Origin: an uncultured delta proteobacterium | Lineage (GTDB): Bacteria > Desulfobacterota > Desulfobaccia > Desulfobaccales > 0-14-0-80-60-11 | DNA: 64,000 bases | Direction: 5' to 3' | NCBI GenBank assembly: GCA_963796215.1 | Contig: CAWCKU010000027.1 | Location: 1,289-65,288 of the forward strand | Part shown: positions 35,871 through 46,307 of the stretch, in pieces | Layout of the letters: each line of letters opens with the position of its first letter | How positions within the stretch are numbered: the stretch's first letter is position 1 | The notes under the pieces: generated by a model | Seen by the model: only the letters and a program-made list of their open reading frames with translations | The model's database searches: none | Told to the model about the DNA's origin: nothing | Position numbers and translations under genes: made by a program

Positions 35871-38519
35871 ATGAACAAACCAGGACCGACTAAGGCAGAA
35901 TTGCTTCGCCGGGTTAGCGATCTGGAGCAGCGCCTCCAGGAAGCGGAGTCCACCATAGAGGCCCTACGGCACGCCGCCGCCGCCGGAGTGCCGCGAGCTG
36001 CCTCCGTCCGGGAGATGGCCGGCAATCTCACCGCCTCCCAGCAGGCCCAGGAGCCTAGCGGGCAACTGGTGGAAGAACTGGGCACGGCCAACGAAGAGTT
36101 GCAGGTGCAGGCCGAAGAACTTCAAGTGCAGGCTGAAGAACTTCGGGTCCAAGCCGAAGAACTGTTGACGCAAAACGAGGAACTGGAGCGCCTGTCCCAG
36201 GATTTGGAAACCGAGCGGGCCCTGTTGCGCACGGTGCTGGAGCAGATGCCCGGCGGGGTAATCGTTGCCGAGGCCCCCTCCGGCAAATTCCTTCTGGCCA
36301 ATCAGCAGTTGGCAGCCATACTGGGCCGCCCGGTGCCATTGGCCGATGGCCTGGAAAATTATGCCCATTTCCACGGCCTCCATCCGGATGGCCGGCCTTA
36401 CGAGCCCCAGGATTATCCCCTGGCCCGTTGTCTATCGAGGGGGGAGAGAATTCTTCGAGGAAGAGGTCAGTATTATCCGGGGCGACGGCTCCCGGGGAGT
36501 AATCCAGGTGAGCGCCGCACCGGTGCGCAACGCCAACGGGGAGATCATCGCCGCGGTTGCCACTTATAGCGACATTACGGCCCGCAAACAGCGGGAGCGG
36601 GAAATCCTGCGCCAGGCCTCGTTTCCCCAAGTGAATCCCAGCCCGGTCCTGGAAGCGGACACCGCCGGACGAATTACCTATTCTAATCAGGCGGCCCGCG
36701 AGACCATTGAGAAACTCGGCGGGGCCGCGGTTATCAGCGATTTCCTGCCCGGCGATTTTGACGAAATTGTGGCTACTGCCAGAATGACGGGAGAAAAGGA
36801 CTTCCGGCGTGAGGTGCAGGTCGCGGACGCCTATTTTCTCGTGACCGTTTCTTACTCGAAATGTTCAACACGGTGCGCCTCTACGCCATTGATATCACCC
36901 AGCGCAAGCGCGCCGAAGAAGCCTTGATGCGCGCCAAGCAGGAATGGGAACGCACCTTCGACGCGGTGCCGGACCTGATTGCCATTTTGGACAATGACCA
37001 CCGTATCCTCCGGGGCAACCGGGCCATGGCCCAGGCCCTGGGGATGGAGCCTCAGGACCTGGTGGGTAAATTCTGCTACGAACAGATGCATCGGACCGCC
37101 TGTCCGCCGGACATCTGCCCTCACAGCCGGCTGCTCCAGGACGGCCAGGGGCATGCCGCCGAACTCCGGGAGTTGGGTCTGGACTTGCTGGTGACCGTAT
37201 CACCTATCCTGGACGACCAGGGCAGGCTTCTGGGCAGCGTCCATGTGGCCCGGGACATCACGGAGCACAAGCGGGCCGAAGCAGCCTTGCATCAGGCTCA
37301 CCACGAGTTGGAGCGCCGCGTGGCGGAGCGCACCGCCGAGTTGCAGCAGACGGTGGCGCAACTGCAAGAGGAAGTGGCGGAGCGCCTGGCGGCGGAAAAG
37401 GCCCTGCAGGCGGTTTCCGCTTATGCCCGGAGACTGATTGAAGCCAGCCTCGATCCCCTGGTCACCATCAGCCCCACCGGCAAAATCACCGACGTCAATC
37501 GCGCCACGGAGGAGGCCACCGGCATTCCCCGTGGGCGTCTGATTGGCAGTGATTTTTCGGATTACTTCACCGAACCCGCGAAGGCCAGGGAAGGTTACGA
37601 GCAGGTGCTGTCACAAGGCTTTGTCCGGGATTATCCTCTGGCGCTGCGCCATACGTCGGACCGGATAATGGAGGTCTTGTACAATGCCACCATCTATACG
37701 AACGAGGCGGGCGAAGTGCAGGGGGTCTTTGCCGCAGCCCGGGATGTCACCGAGCGCAAGCGGGCTGAAGAGGAAGTCCGCAAGCTCAACGAGGATTTGG
37801 AGGCGCGGGTGAGGGAGCGCACCGCCCAGTTGGAGGCCGCTAATCAGGAACTGGAAGCCTTCTCCTACTCCGTGTCCCACGACCTCAAGGCTCCCATCCG
37901 GGCCATTGACGGCTTTTCCCGCATGCTGATGCTGGAGCATGCGGCCCAACTTGACGCCGAGGCGCTGCGCTTCTTGGAGGTCATCCGCCACAATACCGAC
38001 TTCATGGCCCGGCTGATCGATGACCTGCTGGCTCTTTCCCGCCTGGGGCGGCATGAGCTCAGAAAAGCTCGGATCGACCTGGCGGCGATGAGCGCCAATG
38101 CCTTCAGGGAACTCAAGGCCCAGGCCCCGGGACGTCACCTTGACCTGGCCATCAAAGAGTTGCCGCCGGCCTTCGGCGACCCCTCGCTGCTCAACCAGGT
38201 CATGGTGAATTTGCTGACCAACGCCTGCAAATATACCAAGTTTGAGGAAACCGCCAGCATTGAAGTGGGTGGCTGGCACGCCGACGGCGAGAACGTTTAC
38301 TATGTCAAAGACAACGGCGTCGGGTTTGATATGCGCTTTGAAAATAAATTATTCGGAGTCTTCCAACGCCTGCACGGCGGCAAGGATTTCGAGGGCACCG
38401 GCGTCGGTCTGGCCATCGTCCAGCGCATCTTGCAGCGCCACGGCGGCCGGGTGTGGGCCGAAGGGAAGGTCGGCGCAGGCGCCACTTTCTACTTCGCCTT
38501 GCCAATGGCGGAGGATTAG
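35871..38519 (+). CDS. multi-PAS sensor histidine kinase with N-terminal heptad coiled coil, two frame breaks
   Basis: Joined ORFs 35871.., 36265.. and 36861..38519. Several PAS modules each followed by DIT(E/Q)(H/R)KRAEE. H-box FSYSVSHDLKAPIRAI. N, G1 and G2 boxes NLLTNACKYT, DNGVGF, GTGVGLAIV. Confidence 0.8.
36093..36197 (+). repeat. five tandem 21-nt (7-codon) repeats inside the kinase gene
   Basis: EELQVQA EELQVQA EELRVQA EELLTQN EELERLS. The first three units are nearly identical at DNA level. Confidence 0.85.
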
Positions 38520-38770
38520 GCTGCCGCGGCAAAGAACTCAGGCGGGGAGCCTGGGCGACAAAACCTATCCCGGAAAAGTCAGATAAATGTCAACTCAGAA
38601 GAAGGACGCCGAAAATGGAGAGCAGGCGCCCTCGCGGGCAAAAGCACAGCCGAGGGCGGCTGTCCTCCATAAAGAACTCGGCTTTTTTACACAATTAATA
38701 TTTGGTGTAAGGTCAATTAGATAGCCAAGATTTAGACGATGTCGGGAATAATTCAGGATAGAGGAAAGAT

Positions 38771-38801
38771 CGCCGGGGCGGGTTTTTAACCCGCCCCGGC
38801 G
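38771..38801. terminator. bidirectional hairpin between the convergent kinase genes
   Basis: CGCCGGGGCGGG-tttttaa-CCCGCCCCGGCG. Confidence 0.55.
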
Positions 38802-38826
38802 GTTTCTGAGCCGTCCAGGGCCACGA

Positions 38827-39900
38827 TTATGCTTCCTTGGGCAGGGTAAAATAGAAGGTGGCGCCTTGACCCGGGGCGGTATCCACCCAAAGGCGGCCGG
38901 CGTGGGAGTCGATGATGCGCTTCACCGTGGCCAGACCCAGGCCGAAGCCCTCTGCCCCGCTGGCGGCCTTGCCCCGGTAGAAGAACTCGAAAAGGTGCGG
39001 CAGGTCTTCCGGGGGGATGCCGGGGCCCTGGTCTTTTACCGCGAAGAGCACCTCGTTGGCCTCTTCCGAGACCTGCAGGAGCACCGTGCTTTCGGGCGGA
39101 CTGAACTTGATGGCGTTGCCCAGGAGGTTTTCCAGCGCCCGCCGTAATAGCAGCGGGTCCACCCGCAGGGATGGGAGTTGCGGGGAAATGTCGGTCTGGA
39201 GCTTCATCCCCTTGGCTTCCGCCAGGGGAGTCAGGAGGGTGACGACCTCGCGGCACTCATCCTGCACCTGAATGACTTCCGGCTGCGGCGTCATGAGGCG
39301 CAAATCGAGCCGGGCGAACTCCAGAAAACTGGTGATGAGCTTCTCCAGGCGGGTCATCTCCCGGTCGATGGTGTCCAGATAGGCCGTCTGCTCCGGGGAC
39401 AGGGGGCCGACCTTGCCCTGGAGCAGCCGCCGGATGAGCCCCGCCATGCCCACCACCGGGGTCTTCAGGTCGTGGGCGAACATGCTCACCAGCTGGCGCC
39501 GCTCCGTCTCCAGGCGCTTGACCAGGTTCAGGTCCCGAATGATGATGGCCGCCCCCAGCAGGGCTTTGTCTTCGTTCTGCAGGGCAAAGGAACTGACCAT
39601 GACCGGCACCTGCTCGCCGGTGCGGTTCTGCAGCACCAGTTCCTGGGTTACTTCCAGTTCCCCACTCATCACCTGGTGCAAAGCGCTGCCCGCCTCGCTC
39701 CCCTGGCAGTAGAGGATGGTTTCGGCCGGTTGGCCGATGGCCTCCTCCCGCCGGTAGCCGGTGATCTTTTCGGCGGCGGGATTGAATTCGGTAATGCGGC
39801 CCCGGGCGTCCGTGGTGATGACCGCGCCGGGAGTGTGCTGGACGATGAAACGCGACCAGTCCTGAGGCTGGGCCTTGGTGGGTGGCTTGGCGTCCGCCAT
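38827..39900 (-). CDS. PAS sensor histidine kinase
   Basis: PAS domain (ITEFNPAAEKITGY). H-box FAHDLKTPV. NLLGNAIKFS, DQGPGI, GFGLGLATVKRI. Confidence 0.85.
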   Translation of the reverse strand: MADAKPPTKAQPQDWSRFIVQHTPGAVITTDARGRITEFNPAAEKITGYRREEAIGQPAETILYCQGSEAGSALHQVMSGELEVTQELVLQNRTGEQVPVMVSSFALQNEDKALLGAAIIIRDLNLVKRLETERRQLVSMFAHDLKTPVVGMAGLIRRLLQGKVGPLSPEQTAYLDTIDREMTRLEKLITSFLEFARLDLRLMTPQPEVIQVQDECREVVTLLTPLAEAKGMKLQTDISPQLPSLRVDPLLLRRALENLLGNAIKFSPPESTVLLQVSEEANEVLFAVKDQGPGIPPEDLPHLFEFFYRGKAASGAEGFGLGLATVKRIIDSHAGRLWVDTAPGQGATFYFTLPKEA

Positions 39901-40095
39901 CTAATCCCCCAAATTGGCAAAGGGTGCAGAGAGAAGTTCCGGTACCGCACTATTTTCTAACAGTTTTTGGGTTATGAGGCAAGACGATGGGGAGGCTGGC
40001 GGGGAGTAAATCGGTTGGCCGGGAGCAGAGGTTGCCGAACGCGACTTCAAGGCCTACCGCCAACCGATAACCAGATTACTTGAGGGTTAGAGGAC

Positions 40096-40344
40096 CTAAA
40101 CCTTCGGCACAATATCGCCCCCGCAATGGGGACATTTGCCCATTCTGCAGGGGTCTCCGGGATTATGCACCATCAGTTGGCCGCAAGCCGAACAGACACA
40201 GACATGGTCAGGATTGCCGTGAGGTTCGCTGCCCGGGCCGCCGCAGCCACAGCCACAACCTTGCCCCGGGCTTTTTTCCATACCAGATCCTTGAGGCAGG
40301 CGTTCCTCCATTTTTAACAGAATCTCAGTTTTAACCTTCAACAT
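40096..40344 (-). CDS. small Cys-rich zinc-ribbon-like protein (start uncertain: 40344, 40311 or 40281)
   Basis: GQGCGCGCGG then CVCSACGQLMVHNPGDPCRMGKCPHCGG (CxCxxCG-x4-H-xxGxPC-x4-CPxCG). Confidence 0.5.
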   Translation of the reverse strand: MLKVKTEILLKMEERLPQGSGMEKSPGQGCGCGCGGPGSEPHGNPDHVCVCSACGQLMVHNPGDPCRMGKCPHCGGDIVPKV

Positions 40345-40465
40345 AATGAACCTAAGTGCATTATAATCTGTTCAGCAACTGGTTGTCAAGGGATTATTCC
40401 GGGGAAAACCCTGGCCTTGGCGGTCAAGTTATGGTAAAAATGCAGCAATTTTAAAGGTGGTTAAA

Positions 40466-41869
40466 ATGTCAGAAGTACGGACTCGTTTCTCCCCCAGCCC
40501 CACCGGCTCCCTGCATCTGGGCGGGGCGCACACCGCCTTGTTCAACTGGCTCATCACCCGGCATTTCCAGGGGGCCTTTGTCCTGCGCATCGAGGACACC
40601 GATAAAGAACGCTCCAAAGAGGAATTTGTCACGGAGATCCTCGACGCCATGGGCTGGCTGGGGCTTAATTGGGATGAAGGCCCTTACCGCCAGTCGGAGC
40701 GGCTGCCCATTTATCTTGAGTATATCGAGCGCCTCCTGGCCAAGGGAGCCGCCTATTACTGCGACTGCCAGCCGGAAGACCTGAAGGTGCGGCGGGAGGC
40801 GGCCCTGGCCCGGGGCGAGAAGCCCAAATACGACGGCCGCTGCCGGAACCTGAACCTCAAACCCGGCCCCCACACCGCGGTGCGTTTCAAAGGGCCCGAG
40901 ACCGGCGTCACCCGGTGGCATGACCTCATCAAGGGCCACATCGCCTTTGACAACCAGGAACTGGACGACCTGGTGATTCTGCGCACCGACGGCATCCCCA
41001 CCTACAATTTCGCGGTGGTGGTGGATGATATCACCATGCGCATCACCCAGATTATTCGGGGTGAGGACCACATCCCCAACACCCCCCGGCAGATCCAGAT
41101 CTACGAGGCCCTGGGAGCGGAACTACCCGGGTTCGCCCACATGCCCCTGATGTTGTCCACGGATCGGGGCAAGCTCTCCAAGCGCCGGGGCGCTAAGTCC
41201 GTCCTGGACTACCGGGAGCGGGGCTTCCTGCCCCAGTCCCTGTGCAACTACCTGGCCCGCCTGGGCTGGTCCCACGGCGATCAAGAAATCTTTACCCGGG
41301 AAGAGCTGATTCAATACTTCACCCTGGAACACGCCACCACCTCGCCCGGGGTCTTCGACGAAGAAAAGCTCCTGTGGGTCAACAGCCAGCAGATGAAGGC
41401 CATGCCGCCGGCCGCGTTGGCCCGGGAACTGACCCCGTTTCTGGCCGGGATCGGGATCGAGGCGCCGGAGCAGGAGTATGTGGCCCGGGCGGTGCCCACC
41501 CTGAGCGCCCGCTGCCACACCCTGGTGGAGATGGCCGAGGCGGCGCGTTTCTATTTCCAGGACCCGCGCCCTTACGAAGAGAAGGGCGCCAAAAAGTTTC
41601 TGACTGCAGAGGCCGCCCCTATTTTACAGGAGGTGGCCCGACGGCTGGAAGCGTTGCCGGAATTCTCCGAAGCCGCCATCAACCAGCTCTTTCACGACCT
41701 GGCGGCGGAGACCGGCCTGAAGATGGTCAACCTGGCCCAGCCGGTGCGCCTGGCCCTCACCGGCCGCACCGCCAGTCCCGGGCTCTTTGAGATCATCAAT
41801 ATCCTGGGAAACCCGGAAACCTTGCAAAGAATAAGGACGGCCATCAGCTTTGCCGCAGGCAACACCTAA
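40466..41869 (+). CDS. gltX: glutamyl-tRNA synthetase
   Basis: RTRFSPSPTGSLHLGGAHTALFNW (HIGH-type motif), KLSKR (KMSKS-type motif), typical GluRS core. Confidence 0.9.
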   Translation: MSEVRTRFSPSPTGSLHLGGAHTALFNWLITRHFQGAFVLRIEDTDKERSKEEFVTEILDAMGWLGLNWDEGPYRQSERLPIYLEYIERLLAKGAAYYCDCQPEDLKVRREAALARGEKPKYDGRCRNLNLKPGPHTAVRFKGPETGVTRWHDLIKGHIAFDNQELDDLVILRTDGIPTYNFAVVVDDITMRITQIIRGEDHIPNTPRQIQIYEALGAELPGFAHMPLMLSTDRGKLSKRRGAKSVLDYRERGFLPQSLCNYLARLGWSHGDQEIFTREELIQYFTLEHATTSPGVFDEEKLLWVNSQQMKAMPPAALARELTPFLAGIGIEAPEQEYVARAVPTLSARCHTLVEMAEAARFYFQDPRPYEEKGAKKFLTAEAAPILQEVARRLEALPEFSEAAINQLFHDLAAETGLKMVNLAQPVRLALTGRTASPGLFEIINILGNPETLQRIRTAISFAAGNT

Positions 41870-41930
41870 AAACTCCTGGAAATTAATCGCAACTCGAATA
41901 TAATTCGACCAGTTCAAGGAGGTTTGGCAT

Positions 41931-42122
41931 ATGGCGGAAGCAAATCAGGGTTATCGCAAAAAACAGGCTTTTCTGGTCCTGGCGATCTTTGCCTGTTTCG
42001 GGGTGGCCATCTTCTTCGGCAGCGCCGCGGTGTCCGTGGGTTCCATCCTGGCGGCCTGCGGCATCGCCTTCTGGGCCTCCACCCTGGAACCGGCCAAGAA
42101 ACCCGACGAGCACCATCATTAA
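41931..42122 (+). CDS. small two-TM membrane protein
   Basis: AAGGAGG upstream. FLVLAIFACFGVAIFFGSAAVSVGSILAACGIAFW. Ends in HHH. Confidence 0.45.
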   Translation: MAEANQGYRKKQAFLVLAIFACFGVAIFFGSAAVSVGSILAACGIAFWASTLEPAKKPDEHHH

Positions 42123-42287
42123 CGGTTTTCCGCGGAAGGGTTCTTAAAGCATTGGGGGAAAAAGGCGAAAAGGGGAAAGGGAAAACAAAGCAGCAGTATT
42201 GTTCTTTAATCTTTTACCCTCTTCCCCTTTTTCCCTGGTATCAACTCCCCTTCCCGGACCCCATCCCACCCCGAAAGGAGGGGTACC

Positions 42288-43232
42288 ATGCGAATTGCTT
42301 TAATCGGTCAGGCGGCTTTCGGCGCAGATGTTTTGAAAGGGTTGCTGAAAAACGGTCATGAGGTGGCGGGGGTTTTCTGCCCGCCGGATCGGGGCGCCAA
42401 GCAAGACCCCTTGAAGGAGGCGGCCCTGGCCGCCGGGCTGCCGGTCTTCCAGCCCGGCCATATGCGGGACCAGGAGGCCTACGAGGCCATGGTTTCTTTA
42501 AACGCCGACCTGGGAGTCCTGGCCTTTGTCACCGACATCATCCCACCCCGGGTCTTCAACGCCCCGAAACAGGGCTCCATCTGCTATCACCCCTCCATCC
42601 TGCCCCGGTACCGGGGCTCCAGCGCCATCAACTGGGCGGTGATCAACGGTGAAACCCAAACCGGGCTCACCATCTTCTGGGTGGACCAGGGCATCGACAC
42701 CGGGGACATCATCCTGCAGAAGACCGTGGAGATCGGCCCCGCCGAAACCACCGGGGAAGTCTATTTCAATAAGCTTTACCCCATGGGGGTGGCGGCGGTC
42801 CTGGAGGCAGTGGATCGGATCGCCCAAGGCCCGACCACCCGGATCCCCCAGGACCAAGCCAAAGGCACTTACGATCCACCTTGCGACGAGAAGGTGGCCG
42901 GGCTGGATTGGCACAAGGCGGGCCACCAGGTCTTCAATTTCATCCGGGGCTGCGACCCCCAGCCCGGGGCCACCACCACCTTCCGGGGCGAAAAGGTCAA
43001 GTTCTACAATGCCGCCTTTTTGGCAGAATCCCATAACGCCCCGGCCGGGGAGATCCTGGCGGTGACCGACAAGGGCCTCAAGGTGGCGGTGGCCGGCGGG
43101 GCCCTGCTCATCAGCCGTTTCCGCACCAAGGAGTTGGGGAAGGTGAAGGCGCCCGACTTTATCGCCGCCAAAACAGCCGCAGGCGGGCGAGAAGTTCGGG
43201 GCGTATGGCAGCGTCTTGCCGATACTGCTTGA
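42288..43232 (+). CDS. formyltransferase-family protein resembling the N-terminal domain of 10-formyl-THF dehydrogenase (not a typical fmt context)
   Basis: MRIALIGQAAFGADVLKGLLKNGHEVAGVF, SICYHPSILPRYRGSSAINWAVINGE, GLTIFWVDQGIDTGDIILQ. The C-terminal end may be frame-affected. Confidence 0.65.
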   Translation: MRIALIGQAAFGADVLKGLLKNGHEVAGVFCPPDRGAKQDPLKEAALAAGLPVFQPGHMRDQEAYEAMVSLNADLGVLAFVTDIIPPRVFNAPKQGSICYHPSILPRYRGSSAINWAVINGETQTGLTIFWVDQGIDTGDIILQKTVEIGPAETTGEVYFNKLYPMGVAAVLEAVDRIAQGPTTRIPQDQAKGTYDPPCDEKVAGLDWHKAGHQVFNFIRGCDPQPGATTTFRGEKVKFYNAAFLAESHNAPAGEILAVTDKGLKVAVAGGALLISRFRTKELGKVKAPDFIAAKTAAGGREVRGVWQRLADTA

Positions 43233-43247
43233 TCGCAGGGGCACGAG

Positions 43248-43271
43248 CTAGCTCGTGCCCCCAACACTTTG
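43248..43271. repeat. REP-like perfect palindrome GGGGCACGAGCTAGCTCGTGCCCC
   Basis: 24-nt perfect palindrome just after the formyltransferase gene. Confidence 0.6.
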
Positions 43272-43285
43272 GATTGTTTTATACT

Positions 43286-43690
43286 ATGACCAAAATCCCC
43301 CCAAGAACCCTGCAGCAGCAATTCAAGACGACCAACTATATCGGCCTGGCCATGATGGCCTCGGTATTTCTTTATGCCGTTATCGTGATAGCAATCGATA
43401 AAGGATACATTCCCTATAAAGCGCAGCCCGGCGCCAATATCGCTACCTTCACCAACATAAAGTATATTCTCTTGGTCCTGGCAATATTGCAGTATTTCGT
43501 CATCAATTTTTTCCAGAAATTCTCCTTTAAATCAGTGGCTTATCTTCCTCCCGGCGCCATCCTAACCTTTGCCTTGTGCGAAGCTGTCAGTATCTATGGC
43601 CTCGTGGTCTTTTTCTTAACCGGCAAATCCGATGACTTTTTTATTTTCATGTTGATTTTCTCTGTTATACTTTTACCTCTTTTATCCTAA
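43286..43690 (+). CDS. low-GC polytopic membrane protein (about 4 TM segments)
   Basis: YIGLAMMASVFLYAVIVIAI, YILLVLAILQYFVINFF, ILTFALCEAVSIYGLVVFFL, FIFMLIFSVILLPLL. Confidence 0.5.
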   Translation: MTKIPPRTLQQQFKTTNYIGLAMMASVFLYAVIVIAIDKGYIPYKAQPGANIATFTNIKYILLVLAILQYFVINFFQKFSFKSVAYLPPGAILTFALCEAVSIYGLVVFFLTGKSDDFFIFMLIFSVILLPLLS

Positions 43691-43764
43691 ATATGCCAAT
43701 TGGGAAAAGTTATTGGATCAGGAATATTCAACGAATCCAACTGCTTGATACTACGTATCTCCTG

Positions 43765-44614
43765 ATGAAAAACGTCGGCGTCTTCTACCATCCCTCTTTC
43801 AGCCGCAAGAGCTACATGACCGTGGGCAACCGCCTGCGGGATTTCCCCGAGGCCCTGGACCATTTGCGGCAACGGCCCAACGTGCGGCTGTTCGAGGCGC
43901 CCCGGGTCTCGGAGGAACTCATCCTCAAGGTGCACGACCCGGCGATGCTGGAGCTGGTGGCCCGGGACGGCTTCTGCTCCACGGCCTACGAATCCGTGGG
44001 TTCGGTGGTGGCGGGCATGACGGCCCTGGCTAAAGGCGAGATCGACCGGGCCTTCTGCTTCATCGGGGCCGGCGGCCACCACGCCGGTTACGGCCAGTTC
44101 TGGGGGGCCTGCTGCTTCAACGACGTGGTCATCGCCCTGACCCACACCCGGGAGATCAGCCGGTTCAGGCGCTTTGCCATCGTCGACACCGACGCCCACC
44201 ACGCCGACGGCACCAGCCAGTTGATCCGGGAAGACCCGGAAGTCTTCTTGCTCTGTTTTTGTGGAGTCGATTACCAGGCCCAGGGCGGCGGCGAAGTCGA
44301 CGTCAACGTCCAGCGCCTCAATGGGCGCGCCGACGCCAATTCCCAGTACCTGGAGAAGGTGCGCCAACACCTGCCTCTGGTCCAACAATTCAAGCCGGAC
44401 CTCCTCGTCTGGTACTACGGCTTCGACACCCACGAGGAGGACTACGGCTCCGTGGGCCTCACGCGAAGCGGCCTATTTCGCCATCTGCGACCTGATGATT
44501 AGCACGGCGGCGGAGCTGAATGTTCCCTTGCAGGTGGTCCTGGGGGGCGGGTCGCTGTCGCATATCGCCACCGCCACCATCCCGGAGATCATCCGCCGTT
44601 TGGCGGAGGCTTAA
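43765..44614 (+). CDS. histone deacetylase/acetoin-utilization (HDAC/AcuC) family amidohydrolase, one frame break near 44465
   Basis: GAGGHHAG, VDTDAHHADGT, YYGFDTHEEDYG. C-terminus in ORF 44261..44614. Confidence 0.75.
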
Positions 44615-44707
44615 AATTAAGAAGTGTTATGAGGTTTTTAGGGGCGGCTCGCGACGACACCCTTGGTCAGATTGAGGCTTTTCAGGGCACATCTCGCCGT
44701 GCCCGGC

Positions 44708-44735
44708 TTGGCGCAGGCTATACAGCCTGCGCCAA
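44708..44735. repeat. hairpin TTGGCGCAGGCT-atac-AGCCTGCGCCAA (GCAGGCT family)
   Basis: 12-bp perfect stem. Related hairpins at 13596-13616, 19357-19386 and 21050-21070. Confidence 0.6.
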
Positions 44736-44881
44736 ACAAAGCGTCAGCTAACCTCCCCTCCCCTGCCGGAATCAGCACCAGGTGTAAGGTCGTCCGGATT
44801 TGGCTTTTTTTAGGCCGGCCTAGGCTGGAAAGCTTGGGCTACCGGTTGGCTCATTTTCGGCGCTTTAGCCCTTGCGGTTCA

Positions 44882-44910
44882 TTGCCTTGCGGCGGTTTTT
44901 CCTTTATAAT
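44882..44910 (+). promoter_or_regulatory. sigma70-type promoter TTGCCT-17-TATAAT upstream of prfA
   Basis: -35 at 44882-44887, perfect -10 at 44905-44910, 108 nt upstream of ATG 45018. Confidence 0.5.
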
Positions 44911-45017
44911 TAAAAGATTAAGTGCCCAACCAATAATCAATTCCCAAGAAACCTTTGGACTACCGTGGGGCCGCTGGTGGGATGACCTTCCAGGCCGGCT
45001 CCGCTTGAGATAATCTT

Positions 45018-46090
45018 ATGTTTATTGCCAGACTGCAAAAACTGGAAACACAATTCGAGGATCTGGAGCAGCGGCTCACCGATGCCGAGGTCATCCGGGA
45101 CCAGGAGCTTTACCAGAAATACCGCAAGGAGCACGCCGAACTCTCCCCCCTGATCCAGGTCTTCCGGCGCTACCAGCTGGTGCAGAAGGACCTGGCAGAC
45201 AGCCAGGGCCTGTTCAAGGAAGAGACGGACGAAGAGATGAAGGCCATGGTCCGGGAGGAGATCGAGACCCTCAAGGCGCAGGCGGCCTCCCTGGAAGAAG
45301 AGATGCGGTTCCTGCTGCTGCCCAAGGACCCCTATGACGAGAAGAACGTCATCCTGGAGATCCGGGCCGGCACCGGGGGCGAGGAAGCGGGTCTGTTCGC
45401 CGCCGACCTGTTTCGCATGTACACCCGCCTGGCGGAACGCAAGGGCTGGAAGCTGGAGATCCTGAGCCACTCCACCACCGGCATCGGCGGCCTCAAGGAG
45501 GTCATCGCCGCCATTTCCGGCCAGCGGGTCTATAGCCAGCTCAAATATGAAAGCGGCGTCCACCGGGTGCAACGGGTGCCGGCGACCGAGTCCCAGGGGC
45601 GCATCCACACCTCGGCGGTGACCGTGGCCGTCCTGCCCGAGGCCGAAGAGGTGGACGTGCAGATCAGCCCGGAAGAGCTGCGCATCGACGTCTTCCGCTC
45701 CTCCGGCCCCGGGGGCCAGAGCGTCAACACCACCGATTCGGCGGTGCGGATCACCCACCTGCCCACCGGGTTGGTGGTCTCCTGCCAGGACGAAAAATCC
45801 CAGCACAAAAACAAGGCCAAGGCCCTGAAGGTGCTGCGCTCCCGCCTCTTCGACCTGAAGCAGCACGAGCAGCAGCAGCAGATCGCCAAGGAGCGCAAAT
45901 CCCAGGTGGGCACCGGCGACCGCAGCGAACGCATCCGCACCTACAATTTCCCCAATCCCGCATCACCGACCACCGGATCGGCCTTTCAATCCATGGCCTT
46001 AAGATGGAAGCCACGTTGGACGGCGACCTGGACGAACTCCTCCAGGGGCTCAGCGCCCATTACCGCACCCAGGCCCTGGAACAGGGATAA
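45018..46090 (+). CDS. prfA: peptide chain release factor 1, frame break at C-run 45950-45953
   Basis: [12 protein letters not shown] (PxT-type motif), [24 protein letters not shown] (GGQ). After adding one C the C-terminus reads [19 protein letters not shown]...DELLQGL..., ending at TAA 46088-46090. Confidence 0.9.
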
Positions 46091-46096
46091 ATGAAA

Positions 46097-46307
46097 GTTG
46101 CCAGTAGCCAGTAGTCAGTAGTCAGTAAAATGTGATCAGGACAAAATGCAGCAATGCGTTCAATGGACCATCCAGGGTAGCACTGCAAACCTGTACATCC
46201 GAGCCATGCGTGGACGTAGGTGCCATCTATTCATACGTGGCATGTGTAACCTACACTAGAATATTTTCTTACTTTGGTATCGCTACTGAATACTGGCTAC
46301 TGACAAC
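46097..46307. repeat. 211-bp element with 25-nt imperfect terminal inverted repeats built from heptamers (MITE-like or large hairpin)
   Basis: Left arm GTTGCCAGTAGCCAGTAGTCAGTAG (46097-46121). Right arm CTACTGAATACTGGCTACTGACAAC (46283-46307). 23/25 complementary. The 161-nt core has lower GC than the flanks. Confidence 0.6.

Noticed and set aside
44663-45013. 116-aa ORF upstream of prfA
   Set aside because: The region is made of hairpin repeats plus a TTGCCT-17-TATAAT promoter, and the ORF reads through them.
45940-45990. prfA frameshift as a programmed event, by analogy with prfB
   Set aside because: RF1 genes are not known to use programmed frameshifting. The break lies in a C-run near the 3' end, has no in-frame stop/SD context, and the same error type occurs in dozens of other genes.
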